A stretch of 63,767 nt of DNA, counting the filler, from Octopus bimaculoides (taxonomy: Eukaryota), in NCBI RefSeq assembly GCF_001194135.2. It is 6 parts of 6 records of this genome, joined end to end, with 100 filler letters (N's around TTAATTAATTAA, not from the genome) between each part and the next. Parts side by side here need not be neighbours in the genome. Positions count along the whole stretch, not along the records: positions 46,567 to 61,653 come from NC_069000.1; positions 61,754 to 63,767 come from NW_026419740.1; 4 more parts are not named here. One strand, 5' to 3'. Below are positions 52,477-63,767 of this stretch, in pieces; position 1 is the first letter of the stretch, and each line of letters begins with the position of its first letter. The position numbers and the translations under genes are program-made. The notes beneath the pieces are model-generated. The model was given only the letters and a program-made list of their open reading frames with translations. It searched no databases and was not told the origin of the DNA.

Positions 52477-53613
52477 AGTGCAATTATTATTTTCATGCGA
52501 TGAAAGCATGCCAGACAGTATTTTTTAATACATCTAGTGTCTCAACACAATCTTCAGGCACTGCCCACATGGCATAACAAGCTAAAAATAGGACGACAGG
52601 ATGAAAGAAAAAGTGAGAAAATGTGAGAAAGAAGGTGGAAGGTTGAAAAACCAAAAAACAAAAGAAGAAAAGAGAAAGTGGCAAAGTCGGGGAGGAATTG
52701 GAGTTATTTCCCCTTTGACCATAAAATGTATGACTGAAAAGATAGTGGCTTAGTGTCTGCAGTGCAGCTGCTCAATCCAGAGAGGGTCGTACTTTCCAAT
52801 TCATCAACAAGAACTTAGCCATATGGTTATGATTGCTGAAAACTTTGGATCTAGAATTTAGCAGTGTGATAGAATTCTTAGATCTGAAAAGGATCTGATG
52901 TATGATTAAATCTGTCAAATATGACACGAGTTAAAGTAATGCTAGATAATAACACAACCAATAACAAGAGCTACATTGGACTATGCGAAGACGACTTCAA
53001 AAATCGTTATGCTAACCACATATCTTCCTTCTGACACAGGGATAAAAGTGAAGCTACACCATGTGTCAACGGATCAAAGAAAAATGTAAGCTATGAGTAG
53101 TTGGAAGAACTCAAATCTTTTTCAGATCTAAAAACTCTACCACACTGCTGAATTCTAGAGCCCAAATTTTCAGCAGTTGTAAGCATATAGCTAAGTTCCT
53201 GTTAACGAATTGGAAAGTACCACTGTCCCTGAATTGAGCAGCTGTACTGCACACTCTAGGCCACTATCTTTTCAGCCTTATATTTTATGGTGGAAGGGGA
53301 AATAACTCTAATTCTCCCCTTTAGCCTCTTTGTGTTTTCTTTTCTGTTTTCCAGTATTTCAACCTTCCACCTTTTATATCTGCTACTTTCTCACTTTTTC
53401 TCGCTTTTTCTCTCATCTTATCGTCCTATTTCTAGCTTGTTATGCCATGTGGGCAATCCCTGAATATTGCACTGAGACACCAGACGTGTTAAAAAGTACT
53501 GTCTGGCATACTTTCATCATGTGAAACTAATAGTAGCATATGAAAACACACACACATATATATATATGATTTAAAAAATACAATGTATGTTTTCATGTGC
53601 TACTATTAGTTTC
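52477..53613. mobile_element. 5'-truncated Penelope-like element with inverted terminal repeat, an HHR relic at each outer end
   Basis: 52480-52910 is the reverse complement of ~53110-53540. The spacer encodes 'LCEDDFKNRYANHISSF', homologous to the PLE at 40540. HHR relics at 52477-52562(-), 53455-53540(+), and a partial at 53597-53613(-). Confidence 0.8.
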
Positions 53614-53624
53614 ATGTGATGAAC

Positions 53625-53672
53625 CTAGACCTATGTTACTGGGAAGCAAACTTCTTACTACACAACCATGCC

Positions 53673-53726
<54 letters not shown>

Positions 53727-54085
53727 NNNNNNNNNNNNNNNNNNNNNNNNNNNNNNNCATATATATATATGGCACACTGGAAAAGTGTCTTCTATTATAG
53801 CTTTGAGTCTTGGGAGTGGATTTGGTAGAGGGAAACTGAAAGAAGCCCCATCTTATATATGTGTATATCTATGTATACATCTTGGCGTTTGTAATCCATC
53901 TATGCTTGACAACCGGTGTTGATTTGTTTATATTTGCCTAACTTAGTGGTTCAGCAGAAGTGACCAGTAGAGTAAATATCAGGCTTTCAAAGCAAAATAA
54001 GCACTGCAGTTGATTTGTTCAGCTAAAACCCTTCAAGGGTGCCCCAGCATGGCCAGTCAAATGACAGAAACAAGTAAAAGATAAA
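53625..54085 (+). mobile_element. Composite SINE with internal (TA)n
   Basis: Same head and tail as 38062-38975. Confidence 0.65.
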
Positions 54086-54111
54086 AAATAATATATATAT
54101 GTGTGTGTGGA

Positions 54112-54345
54112 GGTGTGTGGCTTAGTGGTTAGGGTGTCCGCATCATGATCGTAAGATTGTGGTTTCGATTCCTGGACTGGGTGACGCGTTGTGTTCTTGA
54201 GCAAAACCTCATTTCACATTGCTGGCAAAAATGAGTAATGCTGCAATGGACTGGCGTCCCGGCCAGCTGGGGAACACATACGGCACTGAAACCAGGAAAC
54301 TGGGCCCATGAGCCTGGCTAGGCTTTAAAAGGGCGCATTTATTTA
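54112..54345 (+). mobile_element. tRNA-derived SINE (family of 1197)
   Basis: tggcttagtggttaggg...ggtttcgattcctgg, body shared with 1197-1400. Confidence 0.8.
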
Positions 54346-55519
54346 TTTTTTTTATACACACACACACACATATATATGTGTGTATATACATATATGTATA
54401 TAAATTTTATACATACTCTAAGCTAATGTATAAACATCATAAAATATATTCATGGTATTTAAGAGCTCAATTATTTAGACATTATTAAACTCCAGTATAT
54501 TATTATAATGCAATGAATATAGCTGGAATAAATTTACATGTATATAAAGAATCAACTAAAATTATAGTTGAGTGCAAAATATTTAGAATGATAAAAAATA
54601 AACAGCAGAAAAGCAGAAATTTAAGCTATGAATCCTTAGTGAAATTTCCGCTTTTCTATTCATCTAAATATATATTACATTACATTAATTTATATAATAT
54701 TATATCATATTTATATTATATTATATTATATTATATTATATTATATCATACAAGAGTTCTCGAGCTGTCAATAATGACAGGGTTATTGTTGATAAAGTTA
54801 CCCAATGGAAGTTGATAATTAGAGGATGAAGAAGTAAATAAACATGCCAAAATAACAGGGAAATATGAAAATTGTATTCATCACTGCCAAAATAATATAC
54901 AGCGATGATTCACTGCAGAAGTTCATGAAGAACAACATTTCCTGTGTAGACACGAGGGGGCATTAACACATCTTGGCCTTTTGAATTTTCAGTCAGTAAT
55001 TTCAAACACTTTCTTAACCCTAGCCCTAACCCAGATCAGGTCATTTTAAAGTGTAGACTACAGATACTGTAGCAGGCCGCATGCTAAAGTAGCATTGAAA
55101 TTTGTTATGACTTGCAATGCTGGGTAAATTATTTGAATTTATGAATATTAAAACATTACAAGACAATGTAGATAGCAGAATGAACTTCTGAATATAAAAA
55201 CTAAGTGGAGCAACTCCAGTAAATAAGTGGAGACTTTGTTTGGAAATTTAGAGAGAAAGATTTTTATTGGTCTTAGTGGAAAAAGAAATCTAATCAAACT
55301 TAAGTGTCCTTTTTCTATATAGTATGGCAGTAATATACTTCAAAAGAACTGTTCAGGCTACAATAATAAGGAAAAATCTTTTATAAATGTTGCAATGCAT
55401 GGCAAATCATCAAAATTTATGGATATAAAAACATTAGCTAAGCATTACAAAAGACAAACAGAACAACTAAATAGAGACACTGTTGCAATAAGAAAGGTGA
55501 AATGCTGTTGGATAATTTA

Positions 55520-55870
55520 TCATCATCATCATCATCCAGTGTTTTAAATGTGGGTGTTGTCCCTGTTTCTAGGGGTAGCTTGATCTACCTCAATGCCATA
55601 GCAACCACCCTCACAATGTCTTGCCATCTTGCCCAGTTTTGGGTATCCTTCTTTTTCAAACCGACCCTCCCAATCTTCTCCTCCACCTTTACCTCAGTCT
55701 ACCTCGTTTTCGTGTCCCATTTACCTCAAATGCAATTACCCTCCTCAGAGCATGCTCTTCATCCCTCCTCAACACATGCCCATACCACCTCACTCCATTC
55801 ACCCTTGCCAGCCATACCATCGATTCCTCCACCCCCTGCATTCCCATCAAATCCTCAGTGTTCTTATCAA
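55520..55870 (-). mobile_element. RTE-like LINE 3' fragment with (GAT)n tail
   Basis: 'VRWYGHVLRRDEEHALRR..VNGTRKRGRLR'. Confidence 0.75.
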
Positions 55871-56009
55871 ACAGACTCATGATTAATTTAGAAAACTTCA
55901 AACTGTTTCATTAAGCCTTATGAGACAAATGCAATGTCTAGCTCATGTCTAATGATTTAAAGTAAATCTTATAGAATGGCACAAATTCAACAGTTTCAAA
56001 TGCTTAAGT

Positions 56010-56340
56010 GTTGCTGAGTCCCCCTTCGGTCATGAATGACCATAGGATTGCACCTAGAAAGTTACCCTCCCAGGCACAAGTCCGGGCAAGGTTACTTATG
56101 GAAGACCAGCAGTCGCCCATGCATCTCGGCCTCCCCTCTCCATGTTATCCAAGGGAAAGGCAAAGGCCGATACAGCTTGGCACCAGTGACATCACAATTT
56201 ATTTCTACAGCTGAATGAACTGGAGCAATGTGAAATAAAGTGTTTTGCACAAGAACACAACACACAGCCCAGTCTGGGATTCGAACTCACAACCTCAAGA
56301 TCGTAAGCTCAACACTCTAACCACTGAGCCATGCACCTTC
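56010..56340 (-). mobile_element. tRNA-derived SINE
   Basis: Reverse complement ggtgcatggctcagtggttagagtgttgagcttacgatcttgaggttgtgagttcgaatccc. Confidence 0.75.
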
Positions 56341-58129
56341 ACAAGATAAAAGTATATATACAAAGACACATAACATATTATATAGATTGATTAAGGTCGT
56401 GAGCTGACACATTTGCTTGCACACCGGACAAAATACTTAGTGACGTTTCTTCTGACGTTTAATTCAGAGTTCAAATGTGACTGAAGTCAATTTCATTTTT
56501 CACTCTTTCTTGTCAATAAAATAAAGTACCAGCGAAGTACAGGAGTAGATTTAATCAACTAGACCCCCTCCACCAAAATTTTGAGCCTTTACCTATGCTG
56601 GAAACAATTACGTTATATTACATCCTCATCCTCATCCTCATTTAACGTCTGTTTTCCATGCTGGTATGGGTTGGACAGTTTGACAAGAGCTGGCAAACCA
56701 GAGGACTGCACTAAGCTCCACTGTCTGTTTTGGTATGGTTTTTATGGCTGGATGACTTCCCTAATACCAACCACTTTAAAGATTGGACTGGGTGTTTTTT
56801 ACATGACACCAGTGCTGACGAGGTCTTATTTGGCTTGCTCGCTTATGGCTGGATGCCCTTCCTAACACCAACCACTTTACAGAGTGGACTGGGTGCTTTT
56901 CATGTGGCATCAGCACTGGTGAGGTCTATTTATCAAATCATGTTATACTGTACATAATCACTCGGGGGTTGGGGTAGTAACTGAAAATAAGAGTTAGTTG
57001 AGAAATATCCACTAAACTGTCGTGAAAGAAAGTTAAGAAAGCTAATCATTACATTTTTTATTGAAGAATCTAGGCTAAAACATTGTGGACAGAGCATATG
57101 GCAAAACTCCAAGCATAATACCCAACTTCACCAAAATCAAGATGAAAATTATGGTAGCATGTAATGCATAGTATTAAGTTATAAAGTTTGATTCCACATA
57201 CTTTTATTATGAACTAACTTAAAAGCCACACTCTATGTGGACAGTTAAGCTAGCTCCTGGGGGAGGAGTGATAATTGGGCCTGTGACCCAAAACTAAAGA
57301 GCAATAATAATAAAGCATTTATTCATACCCTACTGATATAGCATTACCTTACCAATATCACATTACTTTAAATGAAAAATTTGTAAGTTCACAAATTTTT
57401 CGAGTTCTTTTAAAATTTGAATTTTCAACTGTTAGCATATAACAAATCCTCATCCAGACCTGATCCCAATGCTGGATGTTCAAGAACCAAATGAAGGGCA
57501 GATTTTTAATTCTGGGATAATCCTGATTCCAAAACGGTATAATATGGCTTATGTGGAGCAAATGTAGACTGAGATACAGGGATTCCAGACAGACAGAATT
57601 TCGCATTTTTTTTATTATTATAGGACACAGTAGTGTGATATAAGTTTTCTTACTTTTTACAATACATCTCTGTTATATATATTTTATATAAAATGAAATG
57701 CAAAAGGTAGTGTATTAGATTGCAGTAGATTGTTCTTGTAGAAGTTGTGTAATGCTTTGTATTATACATGGCATTATAAACTTTTACGATAGTGAACTGG
57801 CAGAATCATTAGCATGCTAGTGGCATTTCTTCTAGCTTCACCTTCTGAGTTCAAATTCCACTGAGGTTGACTTTGCCTTTCATTGTTTTGGAGGCGATAA
57901 AATAAGCATCAGCTGAGCACAGGGACTAATGCCCTACCCACCAAAATTGTTAGCCTTGTGCCAAAATTAGAAAGTATTATATGTTTTTTTTTTTTAAATA
58001 TTTAGGTCCCAAAATTAAGATTTTATTACACTTAACAATGTATTATATATGAGTTTTTATGTTATTTTCTCGTATTTTCAAGAATGGATCTGACTTGTTA
58101 TAAAATGGTATCTTCTCTTAGATGAATCA

Positions 58130-58800
58130 ATATCTACCCATCCCTTTAAATATGGCCGTTGTAGATGTGTGTGAGAAGATAAAGGAAGCACTCACACAAG
58201 ATTATCAATAACTATCAAAAGGTTGTGAAAGTGGTGGTAATGATGGTGGTGGCATCATCATGTGGAGTTGTTTCACCAGTGAAAGGTGTTGGAATAAAAG
58301 CATCATTGCTATGATATTATACAAAGAAAAGAAAAAAAAAAAAAAAGAAAGAAATTGAATAAAAGCATTTCTGTCTTCTTTATACAACAGTTTACTCATT
58401 CCCAGTTTGGCAATATACCAACATAGTGATCTACTTGCTTATTCTGTCCAAAAGAGTCTTGAAATATTTTTCAAAGAACACACAATCGAGACTTTGTTCA
58501 GGTCTGGATAGACTCCAGAGCTAAACTTCTATTCGAGAATGTGAGATCATTAAACCAAAGCTGAATTCCATAACTTCCAATAAGAATGAGTATTTACTAT
58601 GAGTAAATCCATGAAGAATGGGACAAATTAAATCTCACATTATTGAAATATTTTGATAACATTTATATAAGAATTAAATAAACTACAAGATAATATGCTC
58701 CTCAATCATCATTTATTAAAGTGTGGATGATGCCTAAAAGAAAATCTCCCTTTCTCCATAATTTTCTCATCTTAATTGGAAAAAAATTATGCACAACTAT
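58130..58800 (+). mobile_element. Tc1-like transposase 3' relic
   Basis: 'GGGIMWSCFTS', a degenerate SPDLNPIEN-like motif near 58515, and terminal gcacaacta matching the TIR at 59944. Confidence 0.55.
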
Positions 58801-59272
58801 TCTGAATAATATACTTAAACCTCAACAAAAATTTCATAAATACCACAGCACACATTTATAAAGGAGCATTGACAACATATTTTAGTAATAAAAAGGTTTG
58901 TTTATTAGGTTTTCTATATTAGAAACTGTCAGAATGTAGTGATTAGGAAACGATATTAAGAGTTAGATAATTTCTTTCTGGTTAAACCAGTAAAGGACAC
59001 AACTCAGAATATTCCTGGGTTCTTCATTGTTGTTTCTTGGCTCTGAAGAAAACTAAGTTACAATATAGAAATATTCATAAAAAACATGTTGAATAGGAAT
59101 ATATATGCTTACACACATACTCCAAATACACCCATATATTCATATTTAAATATATATGTATACTCTCACACACACACACACATACATGCATGTATCGTTT
59201 GTAGAAATACATAAATCCGGAGGAGAAGCACATTCTAAGATGTAGAGCAGCTAATATTATAGTTGGGGAGGC

Positions 59273-59349
59273 CAGTTTATGGAGTTACTCTGGGTTTCTC
59301 GCACATAAGGGGTTTAGCCTTACAGCATATCTTCAGACCCCAAACACTG
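59273..59349 (-). ncRNA. Type I hammerhead ribozyme, family D, intact core
   Basis: Stem I UGGGGU/ACUCCA extends to ~13 bp with 2 mismatches. CUGAAGA 59336-59330, long stem II (UGUAAGG/CCUUAUG), GAAAC 59298-59294, GUA 59288-59286. Confidence 0.75.
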
Positions 59350-59943
59350 TGGCCTGAGACCCCTCCATATTTTAAAGAGGTCTCAGATGACTATCACCAA
59401 GTATAGCAATATCTGTTTCAACACACATTTTCATATCAAGAAAACAAATATATAAAAGTAATACACACACACACACATACATATGTATGTATGTATAATA
59501 TATTTTATATATATAGAATCCAACATTTCATATTCTGTATGGATTGTTACATAATTTCCTAGTATGTTGTAAAATCTACATCACCTGATAATTAATTCTA
59601 GATATTGAATGAAAGTTATGTATCTATGTATTTATCTGACTATCTGTCTATGTGTAGTGTCCTGCATATATATATATACATGCATGCATACATACATACA
59701 TGCATACGCACACACACACACACACACATTTGCTCATGCACACACATCAAAAAACTCACACACACTCATATATATATATATATATGGTAGAGTCTAGGCA
59801 GCACAATTTTAGCCAATCTCAAACAGATATGCATCACTTGCAGTATGTAAAGTGGAAATTTTCACTGTGAATATTTATGTGTATTTCTTCATATTTGCTT
59901 GGATCACAGTTAGTATTTATTTCTCTCTCTATATATATATAAA

Positions 59944-60260
59944 CAGTTGTGCAAAATAATGGAAACACCTTGATAAATGGTTAGGAGAAGAAAAGGCCTA
60001 AACACAATTTTCAATGGATCTACAATACATAGTTTTTCTGCAATGCAGTGAACCTAGAAGAATGCACTCAGTTCCAACAATTGATAGACATCAAGAGATA
60101 TCCAGGATCCATTACTTGTTTCCTTTAGAGCTGCATCACCTAGGAAATAAAAGTACTGCTCTAGTCTCTGGAACATCAATCACACATGGAAGGTATATCA
60201 AATAAAACGATGTATCTTTGCTTCTCACTCTTGATCTCTTAGTGCTTTTGAAAAGGGGCA
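59944..60260 (+). mobile_element. Tc1-like element 5' end
   Basis: TIR-like cagttgtgcaaaataatggaaacacc after a TA run, and a relic 'SGTSITHGRYIK'. Confidence 0.5.
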
Positions 60261-60284
60261 TTTTACACAAAATATCAGGACTAA

Positions 60285-60892
60285 TTAACCCTTTAGTATT
60301 TAAACTGGTCATATCCGGCCAAAAATTTCTACCTGTTTTTATGCTCAAAAACACTTCATTTCACATTGCTCCAGTTCACTCAGCTAGCAAAAATGAGTAA
60401 CGCTGCAATGAACAGGCATCCCATCCAGCTGGGGAATACATACACCATTGAAACCGGGAAACCGGGCCCATGAGCCTGGCTAGGTTTTAAAAGGGCGCAT
60501 TTATTTATTTATTTTATGTTCAAACTAGCCAGTTCTGGCTTTTACACCTACCCTATAATGTCACTGTAAAAAGAAATTTATCATATTCCTGAAATATCAA
60601 AGCTATGAGATAATGCATGATTAGTTTAAAGCAATGTGAATAAATAAGCATTGCTAGTGCCACATCATGGTAATACCATGTAAAAAGTACATTCTGTAAA
60701 GTGGTTGGCATTTGAAAGAGCATCCAGTTGTAGGCACCATGCCAGGACAGACAATGTAGTCGGGAGTAACCCTCGGCCTTACCAGCTCCTGTCAACCATC
60801 CAACCCATGCCAGCATGGAAAACAGGCATTGAACGATGATGATGATGATGATGATGATAATGCATTTGATATTCTGAATGCTAGAGGGTTAA
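60285..60892. mobile_element. piggyBac-type MITE with TTAA TSD and two nested insertions
   Basis: TTAA-ccctttagtatt ... aatgctagaggg-TTAA, TIRs match at 10 of 12. SINE piece at ~60350-60510 and RTE tail at ~60660-60860. Confidence 0.7.
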
Positions 60893-61168
60893 ATATTTCT
60901 CTGGTTATATTTTAATATCTATCCTTCATCTTTTATCTTTTTCTTGCTTCAGTCATTGGACTGCCATCTTGCAGGGGTATCAACTTTGAAAGGTCTAATT
61001 TTAAAAAATCGACCTCAGCAATTATATTCTAAGTCTGGTACTTATTCTATCAATCTTCTTTACTGAACTACTAGATTACAAGGGTACAAACAAACCATCA
61101 CTGGTTTGTTTGTCAGCAGTGATGAGGGAAAAACTTGTACACAACAACACATATACACAACCGCACGT

Positions 61169-61204
<36 letters not shown>

Positions 61205-61489
61205 ACACACACACAAATACATACATATACACACGACAAGCTTCGTTCAGTTTCTGTCAACCAAATCTACTCACAAGGCTTTGGTTAACCTGGGACTATA
61301 TTAGAAGACATTTGCTCAAGGTGACACCTAGTGGGAGGGAACCTGAAACCATGTGGTTTGGAAGCAAAATTCTTTGTCACAGAATCATGTCTATATCTGT
61401 ACACATATGTATACATGTGTGTGTGTATACATATACATATGTATATATGTGTGTGTGTATATATGCATATATATAAATAAATGCATGTG

Positions 61490-61573
<84 letters not shown>

Positions 61574-63039
61574 CGTCATACTAATACATCCTTTTGTTAT
61601 TTACACCACCTGTCCTCGTCTGTTGTTGTTTTTTCGTATATTCTCCCATATATNNNNNNNNNNNNNNNNNNNNNNNNNNNNNNNNNNNNNNNNNNNNTTA
61701 ATTAATTAANNNNNNNNNNNNNNNNNNNNNNNNNNNNNNNNNNNNNNNNNNNNGTAATAATAAGAGAGAGAGAGAAAGAGTGGGTATGTGAGAGAAAGAG
61801 GGACTGACAACTGAACTAACAGGCTGAAGTAACATACTGAACGATGGTAATGGGGTGATAGTAATAGTATGAGATGTAGTTGTGATAGAGGCGGCGGTGA
61901 TGATGGTGGTGGTAGCCGAGGAGGTGAGGAATGAAGTGAGATTAAGCGATGTGAAAAACAGAGGTGATGGTGATGGAGGGGAAGACGGCGAAGTCAAAGG
62001 TATTGATGGTGTTGGCGTCAGAAGTCTGCATGGTGTGTATATGGCAGATATGGTGGGATGGTGGTGGTACTGTTCTTTAGCATGCAGTTTTGCAATAAGT
62101 TCCCAAGTCGACAAATTATATCATTGTTTTGATGAAAATTGTTCATTGCTTGAAAAATATTGTTGAAGTTTAATAAAATTTAATATGTACTCAATGCATG
62201 AATTGTCATTGTTGGGCTCAAGGCCTAATGAAGAGCCCTCCATATGAGCTAGGTTAAAAGCNNNNNNNNNNNNNNNNNNNNNNNNNNNNNNNNNNNNNNN
62301 NNNNNNNNNNNNNNNNNNNNNNNNNNNNNNNNNNNNNNNNNNNNNNNNNNNNNNNNNNNNNNNNNNNNNNNNNNNNNNNNNNNNNNNNNNNNNNNNNNNN
62401 NNNNNNNNNNNNNNNNNNNNNNNNNNNNNNNNNNNNNNNNNNNNNNNNNNNNNNNNNNNNNNNNNNNNNNNNNNNNNNNNNNNNNNNNNNNNNNNNNNNN
62501 NNNNNNNNNNNNNNNNNNNNNNNNNNNNNNNNNNNNNNNNNNNNNNNNNNNNNNNNNNNNNNNNNNNNNNNNNNNNNNNNNNNNNNNNNNNNNNNNNNNN
62601 NNNNNNNNNNNNNNNNNNNNNNNNNNNNNNNNNNNNNNNNNNNNNNNNNNNNNNNNNNNNNNNNNNNNNNNNNNNNNNNNNNNNNNNNNNNNNNNNNNNN
62701 NNNNNNNNNNNNNNNNNNNNNNNNNNNNNNNNNNNNNNNNNNNNNNNNNNNNNNNNNNNNNNNNNNNNNNNNNNNNNNNNNNNNNNNNNNNNNNNNNNNN
62801 NNNNNNNNNNNNNNNNNNNNNNNNNNNNNNNNNNNNNNNNNNNNNNNNNNNNNNNNNNNNNNNNNNNNNNNNNNNNNNNNNNNNNNNNNNNNNNNNNNNN
62901 NNNNNNNNNNNNNNNNNNNNNNNNNNNNNNNNNNNNNNNNNNNNNNNNNNNNNNNNNNNNNNNNNNNNNNNNNNNNNNNNNNNNNNNNNNNATATATATA
63001 TATATATATATATAAGAGTGTATATGTATATGTACACAA

Positions 63040-63660
63040 GGAGGGAATTAGGCTTCTCTTCTCGAGAAGGTGGAGGACTGTCGGAGTTAGAAAGCTCGGA
63101 ACAACATAATTTCAAAGGCCACCTTCGACTCACTCTTCATCCAGTCGAACCAGTTTTCAAGGTGCCGCTTACTGTCTCCTAACGCCAAATACTCAGGTGA
63201 CTGAACTGATGCCATCCCTGTGGCTAATGGTTGGTGGCCTACTCAGCTTGGACGAACTTCGTGTCTCCATTGCCCTGAGAGTGGGAGCTGAAATATGCAC
63301 GGGTTTGATTGTTGTGGCAGGCTCCTCGACTCCACAATCCTCCATGGAATTGAGCCGGATACTCAAGAGGAGCTTAGCCCGGGCAAACATCCTCTCCATC
63401 TTGGAACCATCTGGATTAAAGATCTGACGACGTTACCCTGTGCCCCTGGGCGCGAGTCAGATGCCTTCTGGGATATCACAGTTAGCGACACCTTTGCTTT
63501 TTCTCACATCCTGGATGCTGCGGTCAGGGGGAGATCAACAGCTTCTGCGGCCGAGCGGAACAAAATCCTGAAATCCCGCGATCTGTCAGCCAGCTACTTT
63601 CTCCATCCTGTGGCGTTCGAGACGTTTGGTGTGGTCAGACCACTAACTGTGAGATTACTG
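63040..63660 (+). mobile_element. CRE-clade non-LTR retrotransposon 3' relic (RLE endonuclease)
   Basis: 'LSLDELRVSIALRVGAEIC', 'LEPSGL', 'WDITVSDTFAFSH..AERNKILKSRDLSASYFLHPVAFETFG'. Confidence 0.7.
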
Positions 63661-63767
63661 TCTTCACTGTCTCTCTTTCACACGCTCACGTCCATTTCAT
63701 ATATACGTACATACGTATTTCACTTTCTCCTCTCTTTCACTTTAAAACAAAAGTAAATAAATAAAAA

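Noticed and set aside
61755-62114. Ser/Thr/Pro-rich minus-strand ORF
   Set aside because: Low-complexity sequence next to an artificial join, with no recognisable domain.

Overview
Repeat-saturated, microsatellite-rich, gapped animal genomic DNA. The SINE/LINE complement suggests a coleoid cephalopod, probably Octopus (inference). The only host gene I can support is two + strand coding exons (22216-22409, 26096-26240) of an RNF19A/B (Dorfin)-type RBR E3 ubiquitin ligase, encoding the IBR and RING2 domains. Its flanking exons were not found in the assembled bases. The rest is decayed mobile DNA: R4/Dong-like, L1/Tx1-like, RTE/RTEX-like and CRE-like LINEs, Penelope-like elements (PLEs), mariner/Tc1, hAT and piggyBac MITEs, a Helentron-associated-like element, several tRNA-derived SINE families, and mini/microsatellites. 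The most striking unexplained signal is a cluster of type I hammerhead ribozyme (HHR) motifs, at least 9 full-length or near-full-length in four sequence families. One family occurs twice as head-to-head palindromic pairs, once as a ~250 bp element with no coding sequence. All folds were read by eye and not computed. Five identical 100-bp N44-TTAATTAATTAA-N44 spacers are artificial joins, so contiguity across them is uncertain.
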